Below are positions 1-9,762 of a stretch of 64,000 bases of DNA, piece after piece (position 1 is the stretch's first letter; every line of letters starts with the position of its first letter). The stretch is from Vulcanimicrobiota bacterium (lineage in GTDB: Bacteria > Vulcanimicrobiota > Vulcanimicrobiia > Vulcanimicrobiales > Vulcanimicrobiaceae). The notes under the pieces were generated by a model. The model had not been told where the DNA came from. It worked only from the letters and a program-made list of their open reading frames with translations, and did no database searches. The DNA lies in contig PLCF01000027.1 of NCBI GenBank assembly GCA_003135555.1, positions 41,943 through 105,942 of the forward strand, in the 5' to 3' direction. The position numbers were made by a program, and so were the translations under genes.

Positions 1-2054
1 GTGGCGGCGGCTCGCACAGCACCGCGCTGCCTCAACCGGCACCGACCTCGGCCGCGGCGGCCGCGTACAACGGCCCGCTTTCCGACGCGACCTTCAAGAT
101 CACGATCCCCGTGCCTACGACGTCCAGCAACGCGCGGCGTCCGGCCTACGTGTCGTCGTCGACGACGAAGATCGTGTTCACGTTGAACAGCGACACGGTC
201 GGACTCACCGGCGCGGCGCTTGCGACCTTTAACACCACCAACCTCGGAGCGAAAGCCGTCACGTTGAACAGCGCGACGTGCCCGGGGACCGGGCCGTGGA
301 CGTGCACGCTCACGATCAAGCTGCCGCCGGGGACGGACAGCGTCACGGTGTCGGCGCAGGACGGCTCGAGCAACATCCTCTCGCAGCAGATTTCGAGCTT
401 CACCGTCGTCAAGGCGACGGCGAACTCGTTCAGCATCACCCTCGACGCGAACGCAAACACGATGACGGTCAGCGCCTCGTCCGGGTTCTGCGCCGGTGCG
501 TTCACCGTGGCGAGTGCGCAGACGATCCCGACCGTCGGCACCACGGCTGTCACGTTCAGTGCGTCCTACAAAGACCTGGCGGGAAAGACGATCATCGCTC
601 CGGGACTCCCGATACTGACCGTCAACGGGCACACCAACGACAACAGCGGCGCCGGTTACACCGACCCCGGCAACCTCAACACGAAGGTCAACCAAGCCAC
701 CCAGACCTATACGCTGCAGATCACGACGGGCAGCGGGACCGCTGCCGTTGCGGTCGCGGCGACGCCGAATGTCGGGACCGACGGGCTCTCGTTCAACAAG
801 ACCCTCAACTACAGCTTCCAGGCGGGCCCGGCACCGCCGGCGAGCTTGCTGGCCGTGATCGAACAAACCGGCGCGGCGTCGGGGAAGATCGATCTGTTCA
901 CGGTCACGCTCGGCGCAACGGACTCGTTCACGGCGGCCTCGCCGGCGACGCTGGCGAGTACGAACCCCGGCGCAGGCCCCGACGTCGACTTCCCGCAGGA
1001 CCTGCTGTTCGATCCCAACGCCGATCTGCTGATCGCGAACGGCGGCGCCGGTAACCCTGACTTTGGGAACTTCGCCTGCGTCCCCGCCGGCGCGATCACG
1101 ACCGGCGCCAACGTCGCGACCGTGTTGACGACGAACATGGACGACCCCGCGTTCCTGGCGCTCGGTACCGACAGCACCGTCGCGCTGGCGAACGTCCCCG
1201 CCGCCGCGGGGGTCCACGTCGAAGAGTTCGAGCTGAGCGGAGCCTACACGCCCGACTCGGGCACGCGCAACATCACCAACGCCACGTATCCGGGCCTCGG
1301 CGCGCTCGGCGTCATCGCCCTGCCGGCCACCGGCACGAATCCGTCCGGGAGCTTCGCCTCGTCGATCACGAACGGCACGACGGTATCGCACATCGTGATC
1401 AAGCGCCCCGACGGGACGTCGACGCAGATCGACGACACGCACATCGTGGCAGTGTCGCTGGCGTACGACTCGTTCAACAACCAGATCGCGGCCGCCAGCT
1501 CGAACGGCACGGCCTCGTGGCTCAACTTCGTCAACCCGACCACCTTCGCGGTGGTGAAGCAGTTCACGATGCACGACGATGGCTGCTACAGCGCCGGCGC
1601 GTGGAACAACTGTCCGCCGGGGGGTGCGGCCACCCCGACGCACGTGAGCGACATGAAAGCGAGCGTCATCGCGGCGTCCTCGAGTGGCTATGTCGCGCTC
1701 GGCGGTATCACGGCCAGCGGCGAACCCGAGGTACAGGTCTACAACCCGTCCCACGACCCCACCGGCGGGCCGATCCCGTACGACGCGACGACGACTTCCG
1801 GCGGCCCGACCTTCGTCTACGGGAGCGCGACGATCATCGTCAGCGCGTTGCGCTTCATCACCCCAACGAAGCTGCTGGTCTCGCTGCAGTCCGATACGGC
1901 GGCCAAGCAGGGCATCTACACTTACGACGTCAGCACGCTCGTGTCGCCGTGCACCTGCTTCGACTTCAACGGCAACCAGTTCGCCAACAGCCCGAAACAA
2001 ACCGGCTTCCAACAGCTGGGCAACAGTCCGCTGTCCGCGGCATACAAACCCTAA
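1..2054 (+). CDS. Large surface lipoprotein, 5'-truncated; pilin-like N-terminal region plus probable C-terminal beta-propeller
   Basis: The frame is open back to position 3 (GGGSHSTALPQPAP...), and the preceding gt fits a lipobox Cys codon (tgt). It shares the first strand, R-x-P-x-Y-V-S motif and Cys pair with the 24.4-27.3 kb lipoproteins. The C-half has propeller-like repeats (FPQDLLFDPNADLLIAN; PAFLALGTD). Confidence 0.75.
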   Translation, partial: GGGSHSTALPQPAPTSAAAAAYNGPLSDATFKITIPVPTTSSNARRPAYVSSSTTKIVFTLNSDTVGLTGAALATFNTTNLGAKAVTLNSATCPGTGPWTCTLTIKLPPGTDSVTVSAQDGSSNILSQQISSFTVVKATANSFSITLDANANTMTVSASSGFCAGAFTVASAQTIPTVGTTAVTFSASYKDLAGKTIIAPGLPILTVNGHTNDNSGAGYTDPGNLNTKVNQATQTYTLQITTGSGTAAVAVAATPNVGTDGLSFNKTLNYSFQAGPAPPASLLAVIEQTGAASGKIDLFTVTLGATDSFTAASPATLASTNPGAGPDVDFPQDLLFDPNADLLIANGGAGNPDFGNFACVPAGAITTGANVATVLTTNMDDPAFLALGTDSTVALANVPAAAGVHVEEFELSGAYTPDSGTRNITNATYPGLGALGVIALPATGTNPSGSFASSITNGTTVSHIVIKRPDGTSTQIDDTHIVAVSLAYDSFNNQIAAASSNGTASWLNFVNPTTFAVVKQFTMHDDGCYSAGAWNNCPPGGAATPTHVSDMKASVIAASSSGYVALGGITASGEPEVQVYNPSHDPTGGPIPYDATTTSGGPTFVYGSATIIVSALRFITPTKLLVSLQSDTAAKQGIYTYDVSTLVSPCTCFDFNGNQFANSPKQTGFQQLGNSPLSAAYKP

Positions 2055-2073
2055 CCGGGAGGGAGAGGAGACA

Positions 2074-2595
2074 ATGGGTCAACCTTATGTAGGCGAGATA
2101 CGCATGTTCGGAGGGTCGTTCGCTCCGGCGGGGTGGATGACGTGCGACGGCCAGCTGCTCCCGATCTCCGAATTCGACACGTTGTTCAACCTGATCGGCA
2201 CGACGTACGGCGGCGACGGCCAGTCCACGTTCGCGCTGCCGAACCTGAGCGGACGGCTTCCGGTCGACATGGGCACCAGCCCCAGCACCGGGACGAATTA
2301 TGCCCTCGGACAGCTGGCCGGCACCTCGACCGTCACGCTGACGACGCAGCAGATCCCGATCCACAACCACCCCGTCATCGCCGACAACAACAACGCGACG
2401 ACGACCCAGACCGCGCCGAACAACGACCTCTACGGAAATGCGAGCCCGACAGCGGTGTATTCGGCGACCAACACGCTGCACCCGATGTTCAACCTCCCGC
2501 TCCAAGGCGGCGGCCAGCCGCACGACAACATGATGCCGTATCAGGCGATCACGTTCATCATCTCGATGTTCGGCATCTTCCCGAGTCAAAACTGA
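2074..2595 (+). CDS. Phage tail collar domain protein (MdpB-like fibre) 1
   Basis: MGQPYVGEIRMFGGSFAPAGWMTCDGQLL...LIGTTYGGDG..FALPNL, HxH (IHNH), PHDNMMPY, C-terminal GIFPSQN; GAGGAG RBS. Confidence 0.92.
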   Translation: MGQPYVGEIRMFGGSFAPAGWMTCDGQLLPISEFDTLFNLIGTTYGGDGQSTFALPNLSGRLPVDMGTSPSTGTNYALGQLAGTSTVTLTTQQIPIHNHPVIADNNNATTTQTAPNNDLYGNASPTAVYSATNTLHPMFNLPLQGGGQPHDNMMPYQAITFIISMFGIFPSQN

Positions 2596-3122
2596 TGTCG
2601 AATCCATTCGTAGCAGAGATCCGGATCTTCCCGTTCAACTTCGCCCCCAAAGGGTGGGCGTTCTGCGACGGACAGCTCCTGTCGATCTCCCAGAACACCG
2701 CGCTCTTCTCGTTGCTCGGCACGTTTTACGGCGGCGACGGAAAGTCGAACTTCGCGCTGCCGAACCTGCAGGGCTCGGTCGCGATGCACACCGACCAGTA
2801 CTCCGGCGGCGGCCAATTCCCGATCGGCTCGGCGAGCGGTTCGGACACCGTCACCGTGCTGACCTCCGAGATGCCGAGCCACAACCACCTGGTGCAGTGC
2901 GACACCAACGCGCTGAACACATCGGTGACGAGTCCGAGCGGTACCGTTCCGGGGAACACCTCGCCGAACAAGCTCTATTCGGTGACCACCACCCCGTCGG
3001 CGCCGATGAGCCCGTTCATGATCGGGATCTACGGCGGCAGCAACCCGCACAACAATCTCCAGCCGTACCTCGTCCTCAACTACTGCATCGCACTCCAAGG
3101 AGTGTACCCGCCGCGCACCTAG
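2595..3122 (+). CDS. Phage tail collar domain protein (MdpB-like fibre) 2
   Basis: MSNPFVAEIRIFPFNFAPKGWAFCDGQLL, SHNH, PHNNLQPY; TGATG overlap with the previous gene. Confidence 0.92.
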   Translation: MSNPFVAEIRIFPFNFAPKGWAFCDGQLLSISQNTALFSLLGTFYGGDGKSNFALPNLQGSVAMHTDQYSGGGQFPIGSASGSDTVTVLTSEMPSHNHLVQCDTNALNTSVTSPSGTVPGNTSPNKLYSVTTTPSAPMSPFMIGIYGGSNPHNNLQPYLVLNYCIALQGVYPPRT

Positions 3123-3164
3123 CGCGCCGGGTAGTACGCACTGTGGAAGTAGGGAAGTAACACC

Positions 3165-3677
3165 ATGTCGAGTCCGTTTCTCTCGGAGATCAAGATCGTC
3201 TCGTTCAACTTCGCACCGAAGGGCTGGGCGCTGTGCAACGGGCAGCTGCTGCCGATCAACCAGAACCAGGCGCTGTTCTCGCTGCTCGGCACGACCTACG
3301 GCGGCGACGGCCGAGTGAACTTCGGCCTGCCGGAACTCCGCGGCAAGGTGGCGATGCACACCGGCCAAAGCCACGTCCTGGGCGAACGCGGCGGTGAGGA
3401 AAACCACACGCTGACGCAGGGCGAGACGCCGGCCCACACCCACATACCGCAAGCCGATCCGGCAGCCGCCACCGTGTTCAACCCGATCAACCACTATCCG
3501 GCGCTCGCCGCTCCGCATCAGATCTACTCCGCGCTCGGCGGCGGCAGCCAAGCGGTGTCGATGAACCCGGCGATGGTCACCAACACCGGCGGCAGTCAGG
3601 CGCACAACAACATGCAGCCCTACAGCGTCCTGAACTTCGTCATCGCACTCCAGGGAATTTTCCCGAGCCAAAACTGA
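3165..3677 (+). CDS. Phage tail collar domain protein (MdpB-like fibre) 3
   Basis: MSSPFLSEIKIVSFNFAPKGWALCNGQLL, AHTH, AHNNMQPY, GIFPSQN. Confidence 0.92.
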   Translation: MSSPFLSEIKIVSFNFAPKGWALCNGQLLPINQNQALFSLLGTTYGGDGRVNFGLPELRGKVAMHTGQSHVLGERGGEENHTLTQGETPAHTHIPQADPAAATVFNPINHYPALAAPHQIYSALGGGSQAVSMNPAMVTNTGGSQAHNNMQPYSVLNFVIALQGIFPSQN

Positions 3678-3742
3678 CGGTCCGGCGTGGGCGTGCCGGA
3701 TCGCAATGCTCTCCACCAGCTCCAAGAGGCATAGGTAACTAC

Positions 3743-4681
3743 GTGAAACGCGCCCCCTTCTTGGGCGCCGCCGCAGCGACGCTCCTCGCCGGCTGCGGCG
3801 GCTCCCACGCAATGCGAGCGCTTCCGGGTGTCGCAGCTTCGAACCCCAATTCACCGTCCGGAAAGTTCAGCGGAACGCTGGTCCCGGTGACGCCCGATCC
3901 GATCCCCGAAAACGTGCTCAGGAGCCCGATCATCGGCGAAGCGCGGCGTTTCGACGGGAGCACCGCGCCGTCGGGCTGGATGCTTGCGCAGGGCCAGTCG
4001 ATCCCGATCGCCGACAACCCGCAGCTCTTCGCGATCCTTGGCCATGCGGTCGGAGATCGTGCCAAGACGACGTTCGCGCTGCCGCATGCGGGTTTCGGCC
4101 TCATCGTCGCCGCCGTCGGGCTCTTCCCGACCAGCCCCGCGCTGTTGGCGCAATCGGGGCGGCGCATATTGTCGCGGACCGACTCGGCGGGGCCCGGCGC
4201 GCGCCCGGCCGGGATGCGGCTCCCGTCCTTGAAGCAACAAGCGGTCCTACAGACGCGGGCGGCCGCGCTCCGTCAATCGCAGCAGCTTGCGGCCGATGCA
4301 CCTCGCGTGGGACGGTCCGGCGTGCAACGGTTGTCACCGGAGTTCGTCGCGCGGATCGACCTCGTGCAGGAAGACGCGCGAACCAGCGCGTTGGCAACGC
4401 TAACCGGCGCGAACCGGGGACGCGTCGAGGGCCTCATCGACGCGATCCTGGCCGGGCGCACGACCGTACAGCAGGCCACCGTCGAGATGCGGTCGGCGCT
4501 GAGCGGAGGCGAGGCACGCGCCCTGCTCGACGTGTTCGACGGTACGCAGCGCGCGCTGCGCCAGGGATGGAACGGCATGGAGCATCCCGATCCGCAAACG
4601 GAAGCGTCGAACTACGTCATCGCGATTGCGTTCACGCACGATCAACTGCACGCGCTGCGGACGATGGCACAAAACGGCTGA
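3743..4681 (+). CDS. Lipoprotein with an internal abbreviated tail-collar domain and a helical C-terminus
   Basis: Lipobox LLAGC; PIIGEARRFDGSTAPSGWMLAQGQSIPIADNPQLFAILG...FALP joined almost directly to IVAAVGLFP. Confidence 0.75.
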   Translation: MKRAPFLGAAAATLLAGCGGSHAMRALPGVAASNPNSPSGKFSGTLVPVTPDPIPENVLRSPIIGEARRFDGSTAPSGWMLAQGQSIPIADNPQLFAILGHAVGDRAKTTFALPHAGFGLIVAAVGLFPTSPALLAQSGRRILSRTDSAGPGARPAGMRLPSLKQQAVLQTRAAALRQSQQLAADAPRVGRSGVQRLSPEFVARIDLVQEDARTSALATLTGANRGRVEGLIDAILAGRTTVQQATVEMRSALSGGEARALLDVFDGTQRALRQGWNGMEHPDPQTEASNYVIAIAFTHDQLHALRTMAQNG

Positions 4682-4697
4682 CGCCGAAGCCCACGGC

Positions 4698-5060
4698 ATG
4701 GGTAAAATCGTCAACTTCCACCTTCCCGCCGATGACGTCGAGCGGGCGGCGACGTTCTACCGTGAAGTGTTCGGGTGGGAGTTCGCGCCGTTCGCCGGGT
4801 CGCCGGTACCGTATCTGGTGCATGAGCCGGGGGAGAACGGCGCCGGGATCCCGGGCGCGATCACCCAGCGGCAGAGCGTCGTCAAGGCGCCGACCCCGAC
4901 CATCGAGGTCCACGGGATCGATCAAGTGATGATCGACGTCGCGCTGAAGGGCGGCCAGCAAGGGAGCGTCCAGGACATCCCCGGCCTGGGCCGCTTCGGC
5001 TACGCGATCGACTCCGAAGGCAACATCATCGCCCTCTTGGAGCGGACCGCCCCAGGCTGA
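4698..5060 (+). CDS. VOC/glyoxalase family protein
   Basis: IVNFHLPADDVERAATFYREVFGWEF...IPGLGRFGYAIDSEGNIIAL. Confidence 0.88.
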   Translation: MGKIVNFHLPADDVERAATFYREVFGWEFAPFAGSPVPYLVHEPGENGAGIPGAITQRQSVVKAPTPTIEVHGIDQVMIDVALKGGQQGSVQDIPGLGRFGYAIDSEGNIIALLERTAPG

Positions 5061-5156
5061 CGGTCGCCTAGCCGGCCGCCGACGGCGGCCTACCCGGTTT
5101 TGAGTATGTAGGGCCGGCGTTCCGATCCCGTAGCCTGGGTGCGGGAGGAACCCCAC

Positions 5157-6986
5157 ATGACGAAACTCGCGGCCCTCGCGGTCGTCGCCGGCCTGACGAC
5201 CGCCTCGTGCTCCGGACACGGCGCCTCCGCGGTGCTGCCCGCCGGCGGTCCGGCCGGCCTAGCCGCGGCGGGCACGAGCAGCCCCAGCACCCAAGGCGCC
5301 CGGACCACCCGGCCGCGCTCGGTCGCGGCGGCCCCCGCCGGCTGGGCCAACACGGCGACAGCGGCCATCGTCCCGGCCAACGCCGCCGACTTGGGGCAGC
5401 TCGACCGGGCCAAGACCGTGAACGTCGTCCTCGGCCTCCAGATGCGCGACGTCGACGCCGTGAAGTCGGCCATCGCGGCGGGCCAGCGGATGTCGCGCGA
5501 GACGTTCGTGAGCCAGTATGCGCCCTCAGCGGCGCAGGTCGGCGCGGCGGTCTCGTACTTGCAGGCGCAGGGGTTCAGCAACGTGAGCGCCGCGCCCAAC
5601 AGCATGCTGGTGACGGCGAGCGCGCCGGCCGCCACGGTCGAGAAGGCGTTCAATACCGCCCTGCACGGCTTCAGCGTGAACGGCAAGTCGTTTTTCGCGA
5701 ACACGCAGCCGGCCTTCGTGCCGAGCTCGCTCGGCGGGAACGTCGTCGCGGTGCTCGGGTTGACGAACGTCCCCGGCCTCAAAGCGGGCCCGTTGCAGCG
5801 CTCGCTGTCACCGCAGGACGCGATCTTTCCCCGGCAGAGCCAGCCCACGCCGTGCACGCAGAACGTCAACGGCACGACCGGGACGCCGGTGTGCCCGCGC
5901 TTCTACGACCCGCAGACCTATAACATCACCTACGACGCGACGCGGGTCCCGGCCAGCGGCTCGGAGATCGCGATCTTCGCGGTCGGCGATCCGACGATTG
6001 CGATCGCCGATTTCCACGACAACGAAGGGCGCTTCGGGCTCTCGCAGATCCCGGTGAACCTCGTGCACGCGCAGCCCGCGACGGCGGACATCACCGGCAA
6101 CGGCGAGTGGACGCTCGACATGACCTACTCGCAGGCGATGGCGTGGGCCCCGGTGCAGATCGATCTCTACCTCGCCGGCACGTTCGCCTTCAGCGACATG
6201 ACGGTGGCGATGAACCGCTGGGCCAGCGACGACGTCGCCCCGATCATGAACGCGTCGGTCGGCGGTTGCGAAGTCTTCCCGTACCAAACCGGCGACATGC
6301 TCGTCGGCGACATGATCCTGGTCGAGGCCGCGGCGCAAGGGCAGACGCTCTTCGCTTCAACCGGCGATACCGGCGGTTATTGTGGCGTCGCGGGCGTCCC
6401 GCCCAACGGCGGCGTCGGCGGTGCGCCGCTCGTCGAGTACCCGGCCTCTTCTCCGTACGCCGTGGCGGTCGGCGGGACGCAGCTCTTCAGCAACGTCGAC
6501 GGCACGTATCTCGGCGAGCAGGCGTGGCAGTCGGGCGGCGGCGGCGTGAGCCAGTTCGAGTACTCGCCGTCCTGGGAGAGTCCGGCACAGCCCATCGGCA
6601 CCACGCCGGCCGGATATAGCTTCCGCGGCGTCCCCGACATTGCGTTCGACGCGGCACTCGAGACCGGCGCGCTCTTGTACGAGGGCGGCAGTCAGTTCAT
6701 CACCGGCGGAACGAGCCTCGCCTCGCCGCTGGCGGCCGGAACGTACGCGCGGATGCAAGGCCTGCACGCGAACAGCCTCGGGTTCGCCGCACCGCTGCTC
6801 TACCGTGTGTTCGGTACCAGCACGCCGCAGCAGATCTCCAGCGGCCCGCCGGCGACCGAGCTGATCGGCCCGTTCCACGACGTGCTCCAAGGCACGAACG
6901 GCCTGTACACCGCGCTGCCCAAGTACGACTACACGACCGGACTCGGCAGCCTCGACGTCGCCCGCTTGCGCGCGGCACTCCAGTAA
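5157..6986 (+). CDS. S53 (sedolisin/kumamolisin-like) serine peptidase lipoprotein
   Basis: Lipobox TTASC, pro-domain, catalytic E-x3-D (EWTLD), oxyanion GDTG, GGTSLASP, YDYTTGLGS. Confidence 0.9.
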   Translation: MTKLAALAVVAGLTTASCSGHGASAVLPAGGPAGLAAAGTSSPSTQGARTTRPRSVAAAPAGWANTATAAIVPANAADLGQLDRAKTVNVVLGLQMRDVDAVKSAIAAGQRMSRETFVSQYAPSAAQVGAAVSYLQAQGFSNVSAAPNSMLVTASAPAATVEKAFNTALHGFSVNGKSFFANTQPAFVPSSLGGNVVAVLGLTNVPGLKAGPLQRSLSPQDAIFPRQSQPTPCTQNVNGTTGTPVCPRFYDPQTYNITYDATRVPASGSEIAIFAVGDPTIAIADFHDNEGRFGLSQIPVNLVHAQPATADITGNGEWTLDMTYSQAMAWAPVQIDLYLAGTFAFSDMTVAMNRWASDDVAPIMNASVGGCEVFPYQTGDMLVGDMILVEAAAQGQTLFASTGDTGGYCGVAGVPPNGGVGGAPLVEYPASSPYAVAVGGTQLFSNVDGTYLGEQAWQSGGGGVSQFEYSPSWESPAQPIGTTPAGYSFRGVPDIAFDAALETGALLYEGGSQFITGGTSLASPLAAGTYARMQGLHANSLGFAAPLLYRVFGTSTPQQISSGPPATELIGPFHDVLQGTNGLYTALPKYDYTTGLGSLDVARLRAALQ

Positions 6987-6999
6987 AGGAAGCACGACG

Positions 7000-8778
7000 A
7001 TGAAACGCCTTCTCGCACTCGCTCTCACGACCGGCGTCGCCACGGCGTCGTGCTCCGGTGGCGGCATGAGCCACCTGCTCCCTGGTACGAACGGCGCCGG
7101 TCCGCGCACCACGCAGGCGGTGCAGCAGGCTGTCATCGCTCCGCCGGGCTGGGCCGCGACCGCAACCCGCGGCGCGACGATCCCCGCGGCAACGGATCGC
7201 GGCGCGCTCGCGCCGGCGACCCCGATGACCGTTCGGGTCGGCCTCAACCTCCACAACGAGGATCAGCTGCGCTCGCTGATCGCCGCGCGCCAGCGCATCT
7301 CGCCGTCGCAGTTCAACGCGCAGTACGGTGCGACGCCCAGCGAGGTGCAGTCGGTCGTCACCTACCTCCAAGGTCAGGGCTTCACCAACGTGCAGGCAAG
7401 CACGCAGCTGGTGAGCGCCGACGGCACCGCGGCGCAAGTCGCCAAGGCGTTCAACACCTCGCTGGAGTCGTTCCAGCTGGGCGGCGCCGCCGTGTACGTC
7501 AACACGCAGCCGGCGCTCGTGCCGGCGGCGCTCGGAAACGTCGTGTCGGCGGTACTCGGCCTGAACAACGCGGCGAAGATGGCGGTGCGCCCGAACCTGA
7601 CGCGACCGCACGCGACGTGCTTTCCGACCGCGGCCCCGACCGGGCAGTGCACGCCGGCGTTCGACGCCAAAGACGTGCAGACGTACTATGACGCGACGGC
7701 GATTCCGACCGGCTCCGCGACCACGATTGCGGTCATGGCCGAGGGCGACGTCTCCGGCACGGTGAGCGACCTGCGCTTCGCCGAAGCGAAGCTCGGGCTG
7801 CCGCAAGTCCCGGTCAACGTCGTCAAGGTCGGCCTGTCGAGCCCCGACACCGCCGGCGTAGTGGAGTGGGATCTCGACACGCAGAGCTCGACGGGGATGG
7901 CCCAGAACGTCCAGGCGCTCTACATCTACGACACGACCTCGCTCAGCGACTCCGACATCGCCAACGAATACAACTCGTGGGTCGGTCAGGACGTCACGCA
8001 ACTCGGCAACTCGTCGTTCGGCGAGTGCGAGTACCAAGCGTTCCTCGACGGCGCGATGAAGGTCGACGATCACCTCTTCATGCAGGCTGCGGCGCAAGGC
8101 CAGACGATGTTCGTGTCGACGGGCGATACGGGCTCATCGTGCGCGCTCGCTCCGACCAACGGTGCACCGGGATCGGGTCCGCCGATGGTCGAGTATCCCG
8201 CGGCGTCGCCGTATGTCGTCGGCGTCGGCGGCACGACGGTCGTCTCGAACTCGGCCGACTCCAGCTACGCCGGCGAAGTCGCGTGGAACGCCGGCGGCGG
8301 CGGCCTGAGCCAATTCGAGAACTCGACGAGCTGGCAGCAGGCCGTCATCCCCAGCAGCACCGGGCTCGCGGCGACGAACCTGCGCGGTCTACCCGACATC
8401 GCGATGGCGGCCGACGCCTTCTCCGGCGCGTACAACATCTACGGCCCCAACGTCCCGAGCGTCGGCGATTGTAGCGCCGGGTGCGCGATCGGCGGCACCA
8501 GCGAAGCGTCACCACTCGCCATGGGCTCGTACTCGCGACTGATGTCCGCGCACGGCAACGCGCTCGGCTTCGCGGCGCCGCAATTCTATCGCGACTACCT
8601 GGCGAACCAGAACAGCGCGACGACGGTCACCGGACCGCCGCCGACGCAGGCGCTGGGCGGCTTCCACGACATCATCACGGGCGGAAACGGTATGTACACG
8701 GCCCTGCCGGGCTACGACTACACCACCGGCCTCGGCGCCCTCGATCTCGCCGTAATGAACGCCCAAATCGGCACCTGA
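7000..8778 (+). CDS. S53 serine peptidase lipoprotein (tandem paralog)
   Basis: Lipobox ATASC, EWDLD, GDTG, GGTSEASP, YDYTTGLG. Confidence 0.9.
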   Translation: MKRLLALALTTGVATASCSGGGMSHLLPGTNGAGPRTTQAVQQAVIAPPGWAATATRGATIPAATDRGALAPATPMTVRVGLNLHNEDQLRSLIAARQRISPSQFNAQYGATPSEVQSVVTYLQGQGFTNVQASTQLVSADGTAAQVAKAFNTSLESFQLGGAAVYVNTQPALVPAALGNVVSAVLGLNNAAKMAVRPNLTRPHATCFPTAAPTGQCTPAFDAKDVQTYYDATAIPTGSATTIAVMAEGDVSGTVSDLRFAEAKLGLPQVPVNVVKVGLSSPDTAGVVEWDLDTQSSTGMAQNVQALYIYDTTSLSDSDIANEYNSWVGQDVTQLGNSSFGECEYQAFLDGAMKVDDHLFMQAAAQGQTMFVSTGDTGSSCALAPTNGAPGSGPPMVEYPAASPYVVGVGGTTVVSNSADSSYAGEVAWNAGGGGLSQFENSTSWQQAVIPSSTGLAATNLRGLPDIAMAADAFSGAYNIYGPNVPSVGDCSAGCAIGGTSEASPLAMGSYSRLMSAHGNALGFAAPQFYRDYLANQNSATTVTGPPPTQALGGFHDIITGGNGMYTALPGYDYTTGLGALDLAVMNAQIGT

Positions 8779-8787
8779 TCTCCAGCG

Positions 8788-9762
8788 TCACCCTGAGAAT
8801 TTTCGTAGTCGTTCGTAAAGGGGGTCGAGCCATCGGGTGGCAAGGTGGTCGATCTCGGTTGAGGCGACGCGTACCGTTGGGGGGCGGAACGCGTCGCCTT
8901 CACTCTTGGCATCGATCATCGCGGCCGCGCGCATCCGCTCGGTCTCGCTCGCATCCGGCGAAACACCGAAGAACGGCAACACCTCGCTGAACACCGCATC
9001 GGGGAGCGAGTCGTATGCGACGCAGCGGGCACGCCCGGTCCCGGCGTACGCGAGTGCCGCGTTGCAGAACGCCGCCAGCATCCGCGCGCAGTACTCCAAA
9101 GGCGAGACCGATCCAAGCGCGGATGGCTCGATGCCGGCCAGGCGCGGGTCGAGCGTTCCGGGCACGATCTCTGCGCCCGGGTTTTTTTCCTGCGACCGCA
9201 GCACCGCGCGCGGTTCCCGGAACGCGAAGACCCACGGCACGTCGGGAAACGCTCGCGCAAAGAGCGGCAGATCGACGACGTGCCATGCGTGCAACTTCAC
9301 GAACAACTGGTCTTCGCCGCGTTGCGGGCGGCCCAACACCCGAACCAGCGCGCGCAGCCGCCGCGCGGCAACCTCTTCGCCGAGCCCGCCTGCACGATGC
9401 AGCCTAAGGAAGCCGTCGAGAGGCTGCGGCTCGGAGAGCACGACGGCGGAGGAGAGCCGCGAGAGCATTTGCGCGATCAGCGTCGAGCCGCAGCGCGACA
9501 TGTGAAAGACGAGTCCGGTCGGCTTCCCCGGCGGCAACGCGTCTGCGATCGCATCGACGACTTCGAGCGGCGTGGTGCGCGCAAACAGCCCATTGAACGG
9601 GTGCTGCATCGCACGATATACGGTCTGCTCGAAAAACGGGTCGGCGAACGGGCCGTCCACGATTGCCCAATCCAGCAGCGGTTCGGCCACGCTGCCGTGC
9701 ACGCGAATCGGCGTCCACGGTTCCAGGCTCGCGACGTCTAGCGAATCCACCGCATGATCCAC
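8788..9762 (-). CDS. Sulfotransferase-family (P-loop-like) protein
   Basis: PAPS-binding-like FHMSRCGSTL, LSEP, FVKLHAW, WVFAFREP. The start may instead be GTG 9750. Confidence 0.78.
   Translation of the reverse strand: MDHAVDSLDVASLEPWTPIRVHGSVAEPLLDWAIVDGPFADPFFEQTVYRAMQHPFNGLFARTTPLEVVDAIADALPPGKPTGLVFHMSRCGSTLIAQMLSRLSSAVVLSEPQPLDGFLRLHRAGGLGEEVAARRLRALVRVLGRPQRGEDQLFVKLHAWHVVDLPLFARAFPDVPWVFAFREPRAVLRSQEKNPGAEIVPGTLDPRLAGIEPSALGSVSPLEYCARMLAAFCNAALAYAGTGRARCVAYDSLPDAVFSEVLPFFGVSPDASETERMRAAAMIDAKSEGDAFRPPTVRVASTEIDHLATRWLDPLYERLRKFSG

Noticed and set aside
3743..3800. Tat signal on the collar lipoprotein
   Set aside because: MKRAPFL does not fit RRxFL spacing; only the lipobox is supported
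2074..4681. Prophage or tailocin suggested by the tail-collar genes
   Set aside because: No capsid, terminase, sheath, tube, baseplate, integrase or lysis genes anywhere in the window
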